Below, one piece after another: positions 12,200 to 24,874 of a stretch of DNA of 64,000 nt. The DNA is taken from assembly GCA_030704615.1 (NCBI GenBank), contig CM060731.1:45694001-45758000 (forward strand), read 5' to 3'. Each line of letters starts with the position of its first letter. Position 1 is the first letter of the stretch. The notes beneath the pieces were generated by a model. The model made no database searches. It worked only from the letters and a program-made list of their open reading frames with translations, and was not told where the DNA came from. Origin of the DNA: Takakia lepidozioides. Taxonomy: Eukaryota > Plantae > Bryophyta. Both the position numbers and the translations under genes were made by a program.

Positions 12200-13966
12200 A
12201 GCGACAAGTGCTCCATACTCCGTTGGTATCACTGGCGCAGCCCGTGACTGCTTCTGCGTTTCAACATGCAAATCATGCTGCAATGGTTTGTCATGGATAC
12301 CACTGTACCCCTTCAACTTATTGGCATTGACTCTTCCCAGCATCTCTTTGTTATTGGTTTGTAACATGGCGGTGTTGTTATCATACATCTTCTGTATGAC
12401 ATAAGGTCCTTTGCATGGTGATTTAAGCTTAGAAGCTTTAATCTTTCCCTTCTTCTGCAACCAGAGAACCAAATCTCCCGTCTTAAAAGTCTTTAACTTG
12501 TCTTCATCAAACTGTTCCTTTCTCTTCATCTGAATTCTGGTCATGTTATCAGCTGCATCAGCACGTACTTCTTCCACATGGTATAATTCATGTTTCCTAA
12601 CCTTAATTGAATCTTGCAATTCCTTCTTTTTCCCCATTCCGTTCTCATGGTAGGTAACAGGAATTCCACTGGAAGTAAAGCTTCCATACCATAAACTAAT
12701 TGGAATGGTGTATACTTAGTGGTGACTTTATATGAAGTCTTGTATGACCACAAAGCTGTCAGCAGCTTTGTATCCCAATCCGTTCTGTTTGCATTGATAT
12801 CTTAGCCAAGATAGTACATAGTATTTTGTTGGTAGCCTCTGCCTGCCCATTACCCTGTGGGTAATATGTTGTACTCTTCCTATGCACAATCATGAACTCT
12901 TTAGTCAATAGTTCAATGGTCTCATTAATGAAGTGACTTCCCTGATCAGTGATAAATTCCAAGGGACAGCCAAATCGTGTAAGTATGTTCTCATACAGGA
13001 ACCTTGCTGTGGACTTGGCTGTGTTGTCCCTCAAAGCTTTAGCTTCCACCCACTTCGTAGTATAATCAGTGGCTGTAATTATGTACTTGTTCTGTGTATT
13101 CTTTGCTGGTGGGTTAATTGGTCCAACAAAGTCTAGTCCCCATTTCTGAAATGGTTCAGTAGGTTATTGTAGGATGCAAAGCCATCTTCCCAGATCTCTG
13201 CAAAGGTCCTAGCCTCTGACATTCATCACAACTCTGACAATACTTGTGTACATCTTTGAACAAAGTAGGCCACCAGTAACCTGCAAGTAGTATCTTCCTA
13301 CTGGTAGTCTCTTCTCCAAAATGACCTCCAGCCACTCCTTTATGAACTTCCTCCAAAACTTTATTTACTTCATGGTGGTACAAGCATCGTTTAAGTACTC
13401 CATCAGGTCCTTGCTTATACATTCTGCTTCCTACCATAGTATAAGGTAAAGCCTTGATAGCGATTCTCTTCCTCTGCTCCTTACCATAACTAGGTGGGCA
13501 CTGACCATGAGTAAGGTAGTATCTGATTGGCCACTGCCAATCTAACCATTCATCTGCACTTCCTTGCATCTCCATTACAAATAAACTCGCATCAGATAAC
13601 TGATCGTCTACTCCTGTGGCGGCCTCTCATGTTATTAGTCGTGACAAATGATCTGCCACGAGATGCAAATGGCCAGGCTTGTAAACAACTTCGAACTCAA
13701 ACTCGTGCAAGATTATTAACCACCTCGCTATCCTTCCACTTATCAAAGGTTTGTTCACCAGATATATCAGAGCCTGGTGATCCACATAAAACATAAATTT
13801 TCTTCCCAATAGGTAATGCCCGAATTTCTTGACTGCATAAATCATTGCCAATGCTTCTCTTTCAGTTGTGCTATAGTTCCTTTCAGCACTGTTCATCAAC
13901 CTGCTAGCATAGTACACAGGTGAATCTATATTTCCTGTAACATTCTGGGCTAACACCGCTCCCAAC
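12200..13966 (-). pseudogene. pol: Gypsy pol 3' part: RNase H and integrase
   Basis: RH: GAVLAQ...NYSTTEREALA...VDHQAL. INT zinc finger: HKG...GHFG...CDECQ. INT core: ITDQGSHF, YPQGNGQAE. GPY motif. Confidence 0.92.
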
Positions 13967-16900
13967 CACTACAACAGATTGCGGCTTTTATGACTCCCAT
14001 GGCTGCGCAGTCACGACAGATTTGTGGCAGAAATGCCATTTGAAGTCGTAGATGCCTTTTGAAGTCATAACGCAGGTCCGCGGAAGGCATATATGCGATT
14101 GCATGACTACGGACTCTGCACAACACAGGTCAAACATGTTTGACCACGAATATTGGCATGGCAGATATGACTACCAGTCACGGTCATACCTACACTGGAA
14201 TGACGTGTACAAATTGCTAGATGGACATATGACTTTATGACTCTCACTCTAATGCATTCTGCCAGATCATCACATGGATGAATCACTACATGACTGCACG
14301 TGTCGATACATGCTTTTCTGGTTATATATATAATATATCAATATTTATATTTTGAAAAAATGTCGGAGACTCTAACTACTAGAATGAATTTTTAAAAAAA
14401 AATTCAAAGTGCACAAGATTTGAAAAAAACACATCGGCTGGAGGTGCACAGTGTGTCGCCCCGGTGGTTTGGGGTTCAAACCCGCTTCCCTTGTTCGTGA
14501 CGATATGTTTGGGCGTTGATCGTCCTGTAGGTCTCATGGCCCAAATGAAAGGGGGTTAATTTTTTCCCCTCCTCAAGGGCCTGAGGCTTCTTTTAAATTT
14601 TTTTAAAAAAAATCAAAAAATTGCTTATAGGGTTTGCAAGAAGGTTAAAAAACTTAAAAAGTTGCCCATCACGGTAGCCGTGAATAGAATTAGAGTGAGC
14701 GGGAGGGAGGGAGATAGAGAGAGAGGGCTGGGACTTGGAGCGAACGAGCGGGAGGGAAGGCAAACATGCATGGGAGGCCGCAGTTGGAGCAACCTTCGCA
14801 TCTGAAGCAAGCAACCCTAGAAACGCTAGGGTATGTGTGCGAGGAGGTTTTGGCTGGGAGCTCGTCGTTCTTGGGAGAATCAGCTTGGTCTTAGCAGGCC
14901 GTGTTTCAATCTCTACCCGCTCAGCTGCACCGTGGTGGTTCTCACAGACCAATCCGACATTACCTGACTACAGAAACAAGCAGCACACTGAAGAGGTCCT
15001 CTTGGGTTCATGGTCAGTCAAATCCTCCATGGGTCATGACACAAGGTCGAGGACAATGTGGTGAGGGCACCTTCTTCTTTGACCTATTTCAGCCTGTTTT
15101 GCCCTCTCATCAGACTCGGCCCTTCATTTGCAGCACGGAGCAGAGTTGGCATGAGATTTTTAAAGATCCTTCACGATGGTGCGACAACCGCAATGGCAAG
15201 GTGTGGCTTTTCCTTAATGTACGATGTGAAGAAGTTTGTCCATCCTGCAAATGTGGGCTGTTGGCTCCTGTTAGTACCATGATTTGGTATTCTTCCTGAT
15301 GTTTCAAGGTTCTTGGGAGAGTCAGCTTGGTCTTAGCAGGCCGTGTTTCAATCTCTGCCTGCTCATCTGCACCGTGCTGGTTCTCACAGACCAATCTGAC
15401 ATTACCTGACTACAAGACACAAGCAGCACACACAAGAGGTCCTTTTGGGTTGATGGTCGGTCAAATCCTCTATGGGTTCTTCTTCGACCTTTTTCAGCCT
15501 GTTTTGCCCTCTCATCAGACTCGGCCTTGAGATGCATATTGAATTATGTAAGTTAGTTCGTTGCTCATTGATAAGTAGGGTTGGGGGTGTTTGCTGGAAT
15601 GATTGTTGTATGCATGATTTTGTGCAGAGGATAGATAGCTGAAGGAGCAGGGATAGAGTGTGGAAGAGGGCCAGATTATCTCTGATTCCCTGTGGAAGGA
15701 TAGATACAAGAAACCTGCATGGGTAGATGGTCAATTGGAAGCCGCAGCAGCAGCGACACAATTGATAAAATCAAGCACTGCTAATGAAGGCACCTTCTGA
15801 AACACATTTCACCCTATTTTCCCCTCTTATCAGAATCGGCCCTAAATTTTCATGTTCAATTTTGTAAGTTAGCTGGTTGAGTGAATCTAGTTGGAGTGAC
15901 TTTGACATGATACTGCCAATGTGACAAGAGTATGCATTGAACCCATTGGTAGCGGGATATTGGGATATCTCTTGGCCATGTGCCATCGTCAAAGCTGAAA
16001 TAGTACTAGTTGTCATTCTGACCACTGCCCTAGTGGACATGTATGCCAAATGTGGGTGCAGCAAGCCTGATGCAAAGGGAGAGTTCGACAACATGGCTAA
16101 ATGAGATGTGGTGTTGTGGACTGCCATGATTGTAAGGTGTGTGTAGCATAGGTGTGGGAGTAAGGCTTTGGAAACCTAAGAACAAATGATGTGGGAAAGG
16201 ATGAAGCCAAACCAGGTCATGTTCATTTGTGTTTGTTAATATGCATATGCGAGCCTAGCAGCCCTGGGAAGGGCCAAGAGGTTCATGGTGACATCATCAA
16301 AGCTGGAATTGTACCTGATGTCATTCTGAACATTCCCCTGGTGTACATGTATGTCAAATGCGAGCCTGGTAGCCCTGGAAAGGACGCAAAGGTCCATTAT
16401 CAAATCTGGAATTGTACCACTGGATGTCACTCTAAACACTGCCTTGGTGGATATGTATGTCAAATGCACGCCTAGCAGCCCTGAAAAAGGATACAGAGGT
16501 CCACGGTGATATTGTCAAAGCTGGTATTGTATCTGATGTGATTCTGAACGTTGCCGTAGTGGACATGTATGCCAAGGTTGCAGGGTGCAACTATAAGGAT
16601 ACATGGCTGTTTTGATAATATGGCTGAATGAGATGTGGTACTAGCCTAGCCCATAATTGCACTTAACTAGAGTAGGCAATGAGTGAAGACGGGGTTTGTG
16701 ATGACATCGTCCAAGCTGGAATTAAACAAATGTTGTTATGAACTATGCCCTTGTGGACTTGTATGCCAAATTGGGGTGCATGGAGGATGATGATCCCAGG
16801 ATATGCACAATAGCGGTGCGGGATGGAGGCCCTTTGGAGAGGTCTATGAGCAAGTGGTGTGGGAACGGTTGATACTGCAGTGCAACCACATCGCGTTTGT

Positions 16901-18672
16901 TACATTTGCAACATGTGTGCAAGCCTGGCAGCCCTGCAAAATAGCAAAGAGGTTCGTGGTAACATCGTCCAAGCTGGAATTGTACTAGATGTCGATCTGA
17001 ACTTTGGAAAGTATCCAGAAACAGGTCACAGAGACGAGGAGAAGTTGTGGAATGGTGGGACAACCGAGGGAAAAAGGTTAATGCCTGTTAGATTATAGAG
17101 GGCAGACGCAATTCAGCATAGGAACTAGTGTGATAAGCTGAGTTGGGTGTTTCCTAGAACAAATCTAGGCTGTCATTATCAGCTGCAAGGCAAGGAAGTA
17201 TGCATGATTTGTGCAGAAGCAGTGATAGCTGAAAGAGCAGGGATAGAGTATGGGTCCAGATTCATCCAAGAGGGCCGGATTTCAAGCTCATGATTACCTA
17301 TGATTACATGTGGATTAGCTATAAGAAACCTGCATGGGTAGATGGTGAACTGGAAGCCGCAGGAGTAGCGGCACAATTGATAAAATCAAGCACTGCTAAT
17401 AAAGGAACCTTCTTCAACACATATCACCCTGTTTTTCCCTCTTATCAGAACCAGCCCTAAATTTCAATGTCTGCAAGTTAGCTGGTTGAGTGAATCTAGT
17501 TTGGAGTGACTTTGACATGATATTGCCAATGTGACAACAGGAAAGTATCGAAAAACAGTTAACGGAGATGAGGGGAAGCTGTGGAATGAATACTTTTCTG
17601 ACCCCAGTCAATGGTGGAACAACCGAGGCAAAAAGGTAAATGCCTGTTGGATTACAGAGAGTAGCAGATGCAATTGAGAATATGAACTAGTGTGGTAAGT
17701 TGAGTTGGCTGTCATTGTCAGCTGCTAACAGCAATGCAAGGATATATGCATGATCTGTGCAGAGGCATGGATAGTTGAAGGAGCAGCGATAGAGTGTGGG
17801 TCCAGATCATCCAAGAAAGCCGGATTTCAAGCTCCAGATTACCGATGATTCCATGTGGAAGGATAGCTACAAGAAACCTGCATGGGTAGATGGTCATGGG
17901 TAGATGGTAGATAGTTTGGAGTGACTTTGACATGATACTGCCAAAGTGACAATAAAAAAGTATCCATAAACAGGTAACAGAAATGAGGAGAAGCTGTGGA
18001 ATGAACTTTTCTGACCCCAGTCAATGGTGGGACAACAGAGGCAAAAAAGTGAATGCCTGTTAGATTACAGAGAGTAGCAGACGCAATTCAGCATAGGCAC
18101 TAAGGCAAACTCTCCTTCCCCGCAAGGGTGTGTTTTGGTATCTGAGTGAATAAATATTTTATCTAAGAATATAATTTCAAAAATTCGTTATTTAGTAATG
18201 TGCCACTGTCCCATGTTGGTCAAAAGTAATAATAATAATAATTATTATTATTATAGTAATTATAATAACAATAAATCAAATCCCCAAAACCCCCCCCCCC
18301 CACAGCGACGCGTGTCAATTGACATGAGGAACCACGTGTCAAAATCACGATGCGACACATGCTGACGTCTGATGCCCTCCTCTGCAGTCGGGATGGCGTC
18401 GCAGTCTGACACGTGGCGTGTTCTGTAGAGAGCACATGTCTCTCTTACACAGCGGCTGACATGGACCCGTTCAGTCATTCAGTAAAGCCAGCGTGTATGA
18501 CTACCCCCACAGCTGCTCAGGCGCCACGTCACAGCCAGGCTGGCGAGTCATATCTGCCATGCCACAACTGACTAGGGTTTTACGACTGCAGAGTCATGAA
18601 GTCGTAAGTGGCTTTCATAACTGCATTTGCAGTCATAACACAGAGTCGTAAAAGCTGCAATCTGTTGTAGTG
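13967..18672. mobile_element. Non-autonomous CACTA (En/Spm) element, 4706 bp, carrying captured PDF-motif and PPR gene fragments
   Basis: 30-bp TIRs CACTACAACAGATTGCGGCTTTTATGACTC / CACTACAACAGATTGCAGCTTTTACGACTC. 3-bp TSD AAC (13964-13966 and 18673-18675). ATGACT subterminal repeats. Removing it restores Gypsy RH DASGEALGAVL. Confidence 0.96.
15140..18100 (+). pseudogene. Captured, decayed fragments of PDF-motif/PLS-PPR genes, including introns
   Basis: KDPSRWCDNRNGK, repeated DPSQWW(D/N)NRGKK|gt exons, YKKPAWVDG, and several (T)ALVDMYAKCG PPR motifs with stops. Confidence 0.8.
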
Positions 18673-21046
18673 AACGCTTCTCCTGAGGCATCACAGTGAA
18701 CATGAAATACCACATGCCAGTGAGGGTTAATCAACACAGGTGTAGTTGTTACTGACAATGTAAGTTCCTCAAAAGCCTGTTGACATTCAGCTGTCCATGC
18801 AAACACTGCATCTTTCTTCAGAAGCTTGCTCAATGGTGCTGCTATCTGTGCATACCTTTTGACAAATCTTCTGTAATAACTGGTTTGTCCAAGGAATCTC
18901 CTTAGATTCTTAACATTTACTGGTGGTGGTGAGGCTTTAATGGCCTCTGTCTTCCTGGGATCCACAAGAAGTCCCCTCTTACACACAATGTGTCCCAGAA
19001 GCACCCCTAAGTTCACACAGAAATTACACTTATCTGGATTCAGGCCCAGACCTCTCATTCTGCATCTGGCCTGACATAACTCCAATTTATGCAAGTGCTC
19101 ATTCTTAGAGCTGTACACACTGAAATCATCCAAGAACACCTGCATGAAATCATCCAGATACTCATGAAAAGATTCACTTATCACTCTCTGAAAGGTTGCT
19201 GGTGCATTACAAAGTCCAAAGGGCATGACTTTGTATGCATAAGCACCCCAGTCTGTGATGAAAGCTGCCTTTCCCTGGTCTTCTTCTGCCACTTACACTT
19301 GATTATAACCATTGAAGCCATCCATGAATGAGTACATCTCATGGCCTGCCACAGTGTCCAATACTGCTTCTGTGAATGGCAAAGGGAATGGATCCTTCTT
19401 CGTGCAAGCATTCAACTTCTTATAGTTCACACAAACTCTTAGTTTACCATTCTTCTTGGGAACTATCACAATAAGTGACAACAAGTTGTATACTCTATTG
19501 GGTATATAAACTTAGCCTCAGCCAACTTCTTGATCTCTTCTCCAACCTTCTGTGCATAGTTGGGATTCATTCTGTACCTTGCCTGCTTGATTGGTACTGA
19601 CCCTGGTTCCAGTTCAATCTTATGCTGACAGATCTCAGGTGGTATCCCTTTTAGATCCTCGTAGCTCCAAGCAAATACATCTCTGTATTTTATGAACAAA
19701 CTCTTAGCTTCTTCAAAGAATTCTGGCTCCAAATCAGCTCCTACCTTCACCATCCTCGGTTCCTCTTCAGTTCCCACATTCACTTCCCTCACCTGCTCAT
19801 CAGCTGTGATTGTCCAACCAGTCACCACTTCATCCTGTAAACTCACAGTGGCTGGTTCCTCTAGGATTTCCATTTCTCCTTCTCTTTCTCCATAGAAATG
19901 TGATGGGTAACTGCTGGTTTCCTCTTCAATTGGTGTTGCTGACACTACACCACAGCAGATACCTCTTAAACAACTTAGGCCTTCCAGCCGCATCTCTGCA
20001 ACCTGCTCCCACTCTGGGTGTGCAGCGAACAGGGTAGCTTCCTGCTCCTCATCCAGTCCTCCCCTCCTGTCATACTCTCTGACCCCTCGAGGTCTTCTCG
20101 TAGCAGGTAATCTACTAGATTTCTTAGTGGTAATTTGTATCTCGTGCATCCCATTATGCACAGTTAGTAACTGAGAATTCCAGTCATGGAATATCCTGGC
20201 CTGTTTCAGCCACGGACGTCCCAATAATAAGGAGTAAGCCTCCATGACTTCATCCATCTTCAACACAGTTACTGTGATCATAAAGATCATCTTCTGTATC
20301 TGTATCTTAACTCCTCTTATCAATCCCAATGGCTGTACACTTCTTTGATCTGCCATTGTTACTATAAATGGGGCTGGTTTCATGTTACTTAGACCAAGCT
20401 TCTTCCTTAATTGGTCTGTCATGATATTTACTCCAGAGCCTCCATCTATCAGTACATCAGTTAGTTCTGTGCTTCCAATTCTCAATTGGATTACTGGCAT
20501 AGAATCATCAAAGTCCATGACTGTTTCTCGCCCTTCCGGCTTCACATTATAACTGGTCATCTTGCTGTTCAGGTCTGTGTTTCCTGTCTCCTAGGCAATT
20601 CGATTGATTGCTTGATACAGCCTGTATCTACAATAAGGTGCCACAGCCAACAGCTGTCCAATGGTAATCTCTGCTTTGGTCTGACATATTACTTCAGCCA
20701 AAGTCCCTTCATTACTTTGCATGTCTGCAGCTTCTTTCTTCCTTTCATCCTCACTCACTTCTTCTTCTCCATCAGAATCAGAGGAATCTGTCACAAGAAT
20801 ATCAGTACTCTTCTGCATTTCCCTTATGGTATCTGCCACTTCCTTGTGCAGTTCCTTCTCATCTCTCCAAGCCTCATCATCTTCAGGCATATCACTGCCA
20901 TCTTCATTATCATCATCTTCCTCAACTACTTGAGGTATTAGTTTGGCTTTGCTTCTTGTTACTATCATTGTACTTACTTCTGGTACAACACATGGCCTAA
21001 CCATGTGAGCTGCCACCACTGGGCCCTCATTCACAGGAGCTCTCAT
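18673..21046 (-). pseudogene. pol: Gypsy pol 5' part: aspartic protease and reverse transcriptase
   Basis: PR: VLIDGGSGVNIM. RT: KLRVCVNYKKLN, MDGFNGYNQ, MPFGLCNAPATFQR, FLDDF. Confidence 0.93.
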
Positions 21047-21220
21047 CTCATTCTGGTGTCTTATCCAGAATGATCAGGCTGCCATGGTTAGGCCTAACCA
21101 TGGTCCTGGCTGATTACAATAGTAACACAGTTCTTCACCATTGGGTCCTCGCCCTTGGTCTGCTCTTGGATTATTTCTGTAATCCTGATTCCTTGGCTGG
21201 TAATTCCCCCTTGGATTACC

Positions 21221-22845
21221 CTAATAGTTGCCTCTGGAATTTCCTTGGTAATTCCCTCTTGAATTACCTCTCCCTTCCATGCCATTGTTATAACCACCAA
21301 GCCTACCATAGTGGTCATGATCACTGTTTCTTCTTGGCTGGGGCTGCACTTGATGCACCCTTACTTGCCTAGGTTCTCTTGCAGCTGTCCTTCTGTTGTA
21401 GTAACAATTCTCAGTAGAATGGTTATCCATCTTACAGATGGTACAATGTTTCTCCTTCATGTGGCATTCAGTGGTGGTATGGCCTTCATTCTGGCACTTT
21501 CCACACCAAACGCCCTTCCTCTAATGTGTTACAGCCTCTGTGGCATACTTCTTCAAGATTTCTTCTAATCTTTTCTCATAGTTATCCCTCTTCAACTTCT
21601 CCTTTCTCTTACTCTTCCTTTTCAGTTCTTGCTCTTCTTCTTCATCTGACTCATCCTTAGAGTCCTCATCATCCCTGTTCTCTCTCCTGAGCATTCCCAA
21701 TTGCTCAATTCTATTTGTTGTTTCAAATGCCTCCTCCATTGTATTATGGGGTAACATATCCACTTTCTTCTGCAACTTTGGTCTTAGTCCACTCACAAAC
21801 CAAGTCTTCTGTAAACCTGGTGCTGGTACAGCAGCCAGCTTTTTCATCATCAATTCCATCTTTTCCATATACTCCTCAACAGTTTCATGCTTCTTTTGCT
21901 TTAACTGTTGTAAACTTCCATACACTTCATCCTCAGTTTTATTTGTCTGAACCTATTTCGGAATGCTGTATTCAAGCCATTCCAGGTTAGGAAATGATTA
22001 TCAGGGAATCTTGCATACCATTCACTTGCTTTCTTGATAAGTGAACAAGGAAACAATCTCATCTTGGCATCATCGCCATTCTCATTGTTCATTATACACA
22101 TGTGCTCAAATTGGCTAGTGTGTACATCGGGATCCCCTTTTTCTGAATATATTGGAAAAGGTGGTTTTGCCCGTGTTGGTTGTAACGCCATCTGTGGCCC
22201 TACCTTCTGCCCACTGACAGGTGCTGGCACCCTTGCTGGTGCTGGTCCTTGAGGACCTGTTGTAGTTGTGGTGGATCTTCCACCAAATGGTGGCCCTTGA
22301 GCACTCACTGCTACTGGCCCCACGATATTCACAGTATTCCCAGCTCCAGTTGCACTACTTCCCACACTCCCTATCCCCCCAGAGCCAGATCCAGGCAGCC
22401 CGCCTGATCCCTCTAAGCCGACACCTTCGTTGGCCTGTGATCCAAGTGCTCCACTTGATCCAGGTCCAATGGGTTGGGATGTCCTGGTTGTAGTCTCAAC
22501 CTCAGCTGTTGGGTCTACTTCTTCATACTCTTCCAATTTCTTCTCTCTGTTTTCATCCTCCAAGTTCTGCCCTTGGGTTTCTTCTTCACTCATGTAAATC
22601 AACTGCAATGGTGTTGGAGAGTCTGAACTCTCCGTTGGCTCTGCCACATCCTCTCCTCCTTCTTCACCTTCCGCTTCAGAAACTGGAGTTCCTGCTTTTG
22701 GTGTTCCATGCCAACTCTTATCAAAGATTTCTATCAAATCTTTTATCCAGGGATGTACCTCAGATCTTTCACCTCGTGATTGATCTTCTTCCCGTACCAA
22801 TTCCCTTAATCTATCTTGCAAAGAAAAAGAAGGAGTGGCATCCAA
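21221..22845 (-). pseudogene. gag: Gypsy gag with zinc knuckle
   Basis: DPDVH...LFPCSL...ASEWY...W...F...F, LKQ...ETVEEY, WFVSGL, and CTICKMDNHSTENC. Frameshifted. Confidence 0.88.
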
Positions 22846-23037
22846 CTCTAGTTCTTCCGGTATGGGTGATGTACTCTCTGATCTTAATGGTGTGAGAGGT
22901 CTAGATGATTCCCCTATGTCTATTCCTCTCTCCCAAAGATATGGATAATTAGCTTTCAGATAACTTTCTCTTTTTGCTGAATATCTCTAGAGTCTAGCTT
23001 CTCTTTCATCACTCATGTCCTATGTCTTTCATTTCTT

Positions 23038-23733
23038 TTAATGTGGCAATAACCAAAACTCTCTTCTGTAATATCTCTCGTATATGCCTGGGTTTCTTTC
23101 AAGCTTCAATGCACCCTTGGCTATACTAGAAGTCTCCGTTACCATATAACCATATGGCAAACAAGTCTGGAAAGCTGTTCTTGGTGTGAGTTTGATCCAC
23201 AGAATATCCTTTGGAATCCAATTCTTTACCAGTACAAGCTCTTCATGCATATGAGTATAAACATTCACCTTTCTTTCCTCCCAGCCTTCAAACTCTACTC
23301 GCTTAATGGATAGCAATGCTATCACATAAACTAGTGTTGGTAACCAATGTGCTCTTCCTCTACAGGCCACCTGATAAATCTTTATCACTCCTTTCTCCAG
23401 ACCCCATTCAGGGTCAGCATCATGCACTCTTTTAAGAATGTTTTCTTTACAACCGTCTGGCAATTCCAAGAACCTCTGAAAGAATCGTTTGGACAATCTT
23501 TCCTTCTCAGTTTCACAGGGAATTTGATTCACATCAAATTCTTTAATTCTCCAACCACCATGATCCCACCAGATGCCTGTCACATCTGGTTGTTCATGAC
23601 CCAGTTCCCCAGTATGGTCGCCAAATGTCGAGCGGCTTTTACTCACCCATCCCTTCGCTATCCGAGGTGGGAACTCCAAGATAGAAGAGTTGGAAATCTC
23701 TAAGCACTCAGCCCGCTCAGAACAATCAGTCAT
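23038..23733 (-). CDS. Unknown 231-aa ORF between the putative 5' LTR and gag
   Basis: ATG-initiated open frame on the same strand as gag; no recognised motif. Confidence 0.4.
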   Translation of the reverse strand: MTDCSERAECLEISNSSILEFPPRIAKGWVSKSRSTFGDHTGELGHEQPDVTGIWWDHGGWRIKEFDVNQIPCETEKERLSKRFFQRFLELPDGCKENILKRVHDADPEWGLEKGVIKIYQVACRGRAHWLPTLVYVIALLSIKRVEFEGWEERKVNVYTHMHEELVLVKNWIPKDILWIKLTPRTAFQTCLPYGYMVTETSSIAKGALKLERNPGIYERYYRREFWLLPH

Positions 23734-24243
23734 GACCTACAGCTAGTGTATCATGGGGGTGTTTCCTATTTGTACTCCTTCCCACATTCATGTTAGCGAG
23801 TTACCTTACTGTCTGCAATTAAGTATTAGTTTGCTTCAGAAATCTATCAAGTTCCATCCATTCATTCCACAGCTTCACTCAGGTCTCTCTACACAGTGTG
23901 AGTATGAAGTATATATCAGATTAATATCTATCAAGTATCAGGTTGAAGTCATGGTGTCTCTAATCTACTCTACATCACAATTCTACAGCTTGCATTCATC
24001 AAGTAACAACAGATCGTCACTTCTCCTACTCCGTGCTCTTCATCTTTTCCCTCAGAGATGTGCTCTCCCCTCTATTTCCAAGTCGTGATGCCAGAAGTCC
24101 CCCACCAAGAAGTGTTTTCCAGACGTCCCCGCTCTTCGCTTTATCTCCCTACAAGCTGTTCTAACTGCTTTCCTAACTAACCGTCATCCCTGTAGTACAC
24201 GTTCCTTTTTTAGATGTCGTTCCCCACAGTCGTTCCCTGCCAA

Positions 24244-24575
24244 TGATAACTGTCCCCCAGCTGTGCCGAGCTGTGACTTGCTGTATCAGGCTGTGGCGGG
24301 CTGTGACTGGCTGTGTCGGGCTGTGTAGGGCTGTGCGATGCTGTGGCGGCTGTGTCGGGCTGTGTCGGCTATGCGAAGCTGTGACGGCTGTGTCGGGCTG
24401 TGACTGGCTGTGTTGGACTGTGACGGACTGTGTTGGCTGTGTCGGGCTGTGTATCTCCCCCCCTAAAGCCTGTTGCTGTTACCCCTAAGGCTCCTGTTGG
24501 TCTCAGTCTGCGTAAAAATTAAGGGTACCCCACAGATCCCGTAAAAGCGTCCAAGTCCCAAGCAGCCCTCTAACA
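24244..24575 (-). repeat. Putative 5' LTR (TGTTA...TATCA) containing GGCTGTG micro-repeats
   Basis: TG at 24575 directly abuts LINE RT sequence. CA at 24244 is followed by a PBS-like tTGGC...CGACTGTGGGGA. No second copy in the window. Confidence 0.5.
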
Positions 24576-24800
24576 GCATAGACGGTATGCCTGTTGAATT
24601 TTACAGCGCCCTCTGGCAGGCATTACTCAAGGACTTCCGTGCAATGGCAAATGAGATCAAAAGAAAAGGATCCATGCCAAGACAAATGACTCACTGAATT
24701 ATTACTCTTCTCTTCAAAAAAGGAGATAGAAAGCAGATCTCAAACTATAGGCCTATAACATTGCTCAATGTTTCATACAAGATCATTGCAAAGGCATTGC
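24576..24800 (+). mobile_element. L1-type LINE ORF2 fragment (start of RT)
   Basis: IDGMPVEFY...IITLLFKKGDRKQISNYRPITLLNVSYKIIAKAL. Confidence 0.88.
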
Positions 24801-24874
24801 GGCATTGGGAAGAATGATAGAGATGAATTGAGCTCTGCCTTGGAACCACATCTCTTCTTTTTGAATTAGGGCAG

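Larger units (their letters stand above)
8800..24575 (-). mobile_element. Degenerate Ty3/Gypsy LTR retrotransposon (probably non-chromovirus, with extra ORFs), interrupted by a CACTA element; 3' LTR not found
   Basis: Domain order gag-ZnK-PR-RT-RH-INT on the minus strand, with many stops and frameshifts. Confidence 0.92.
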
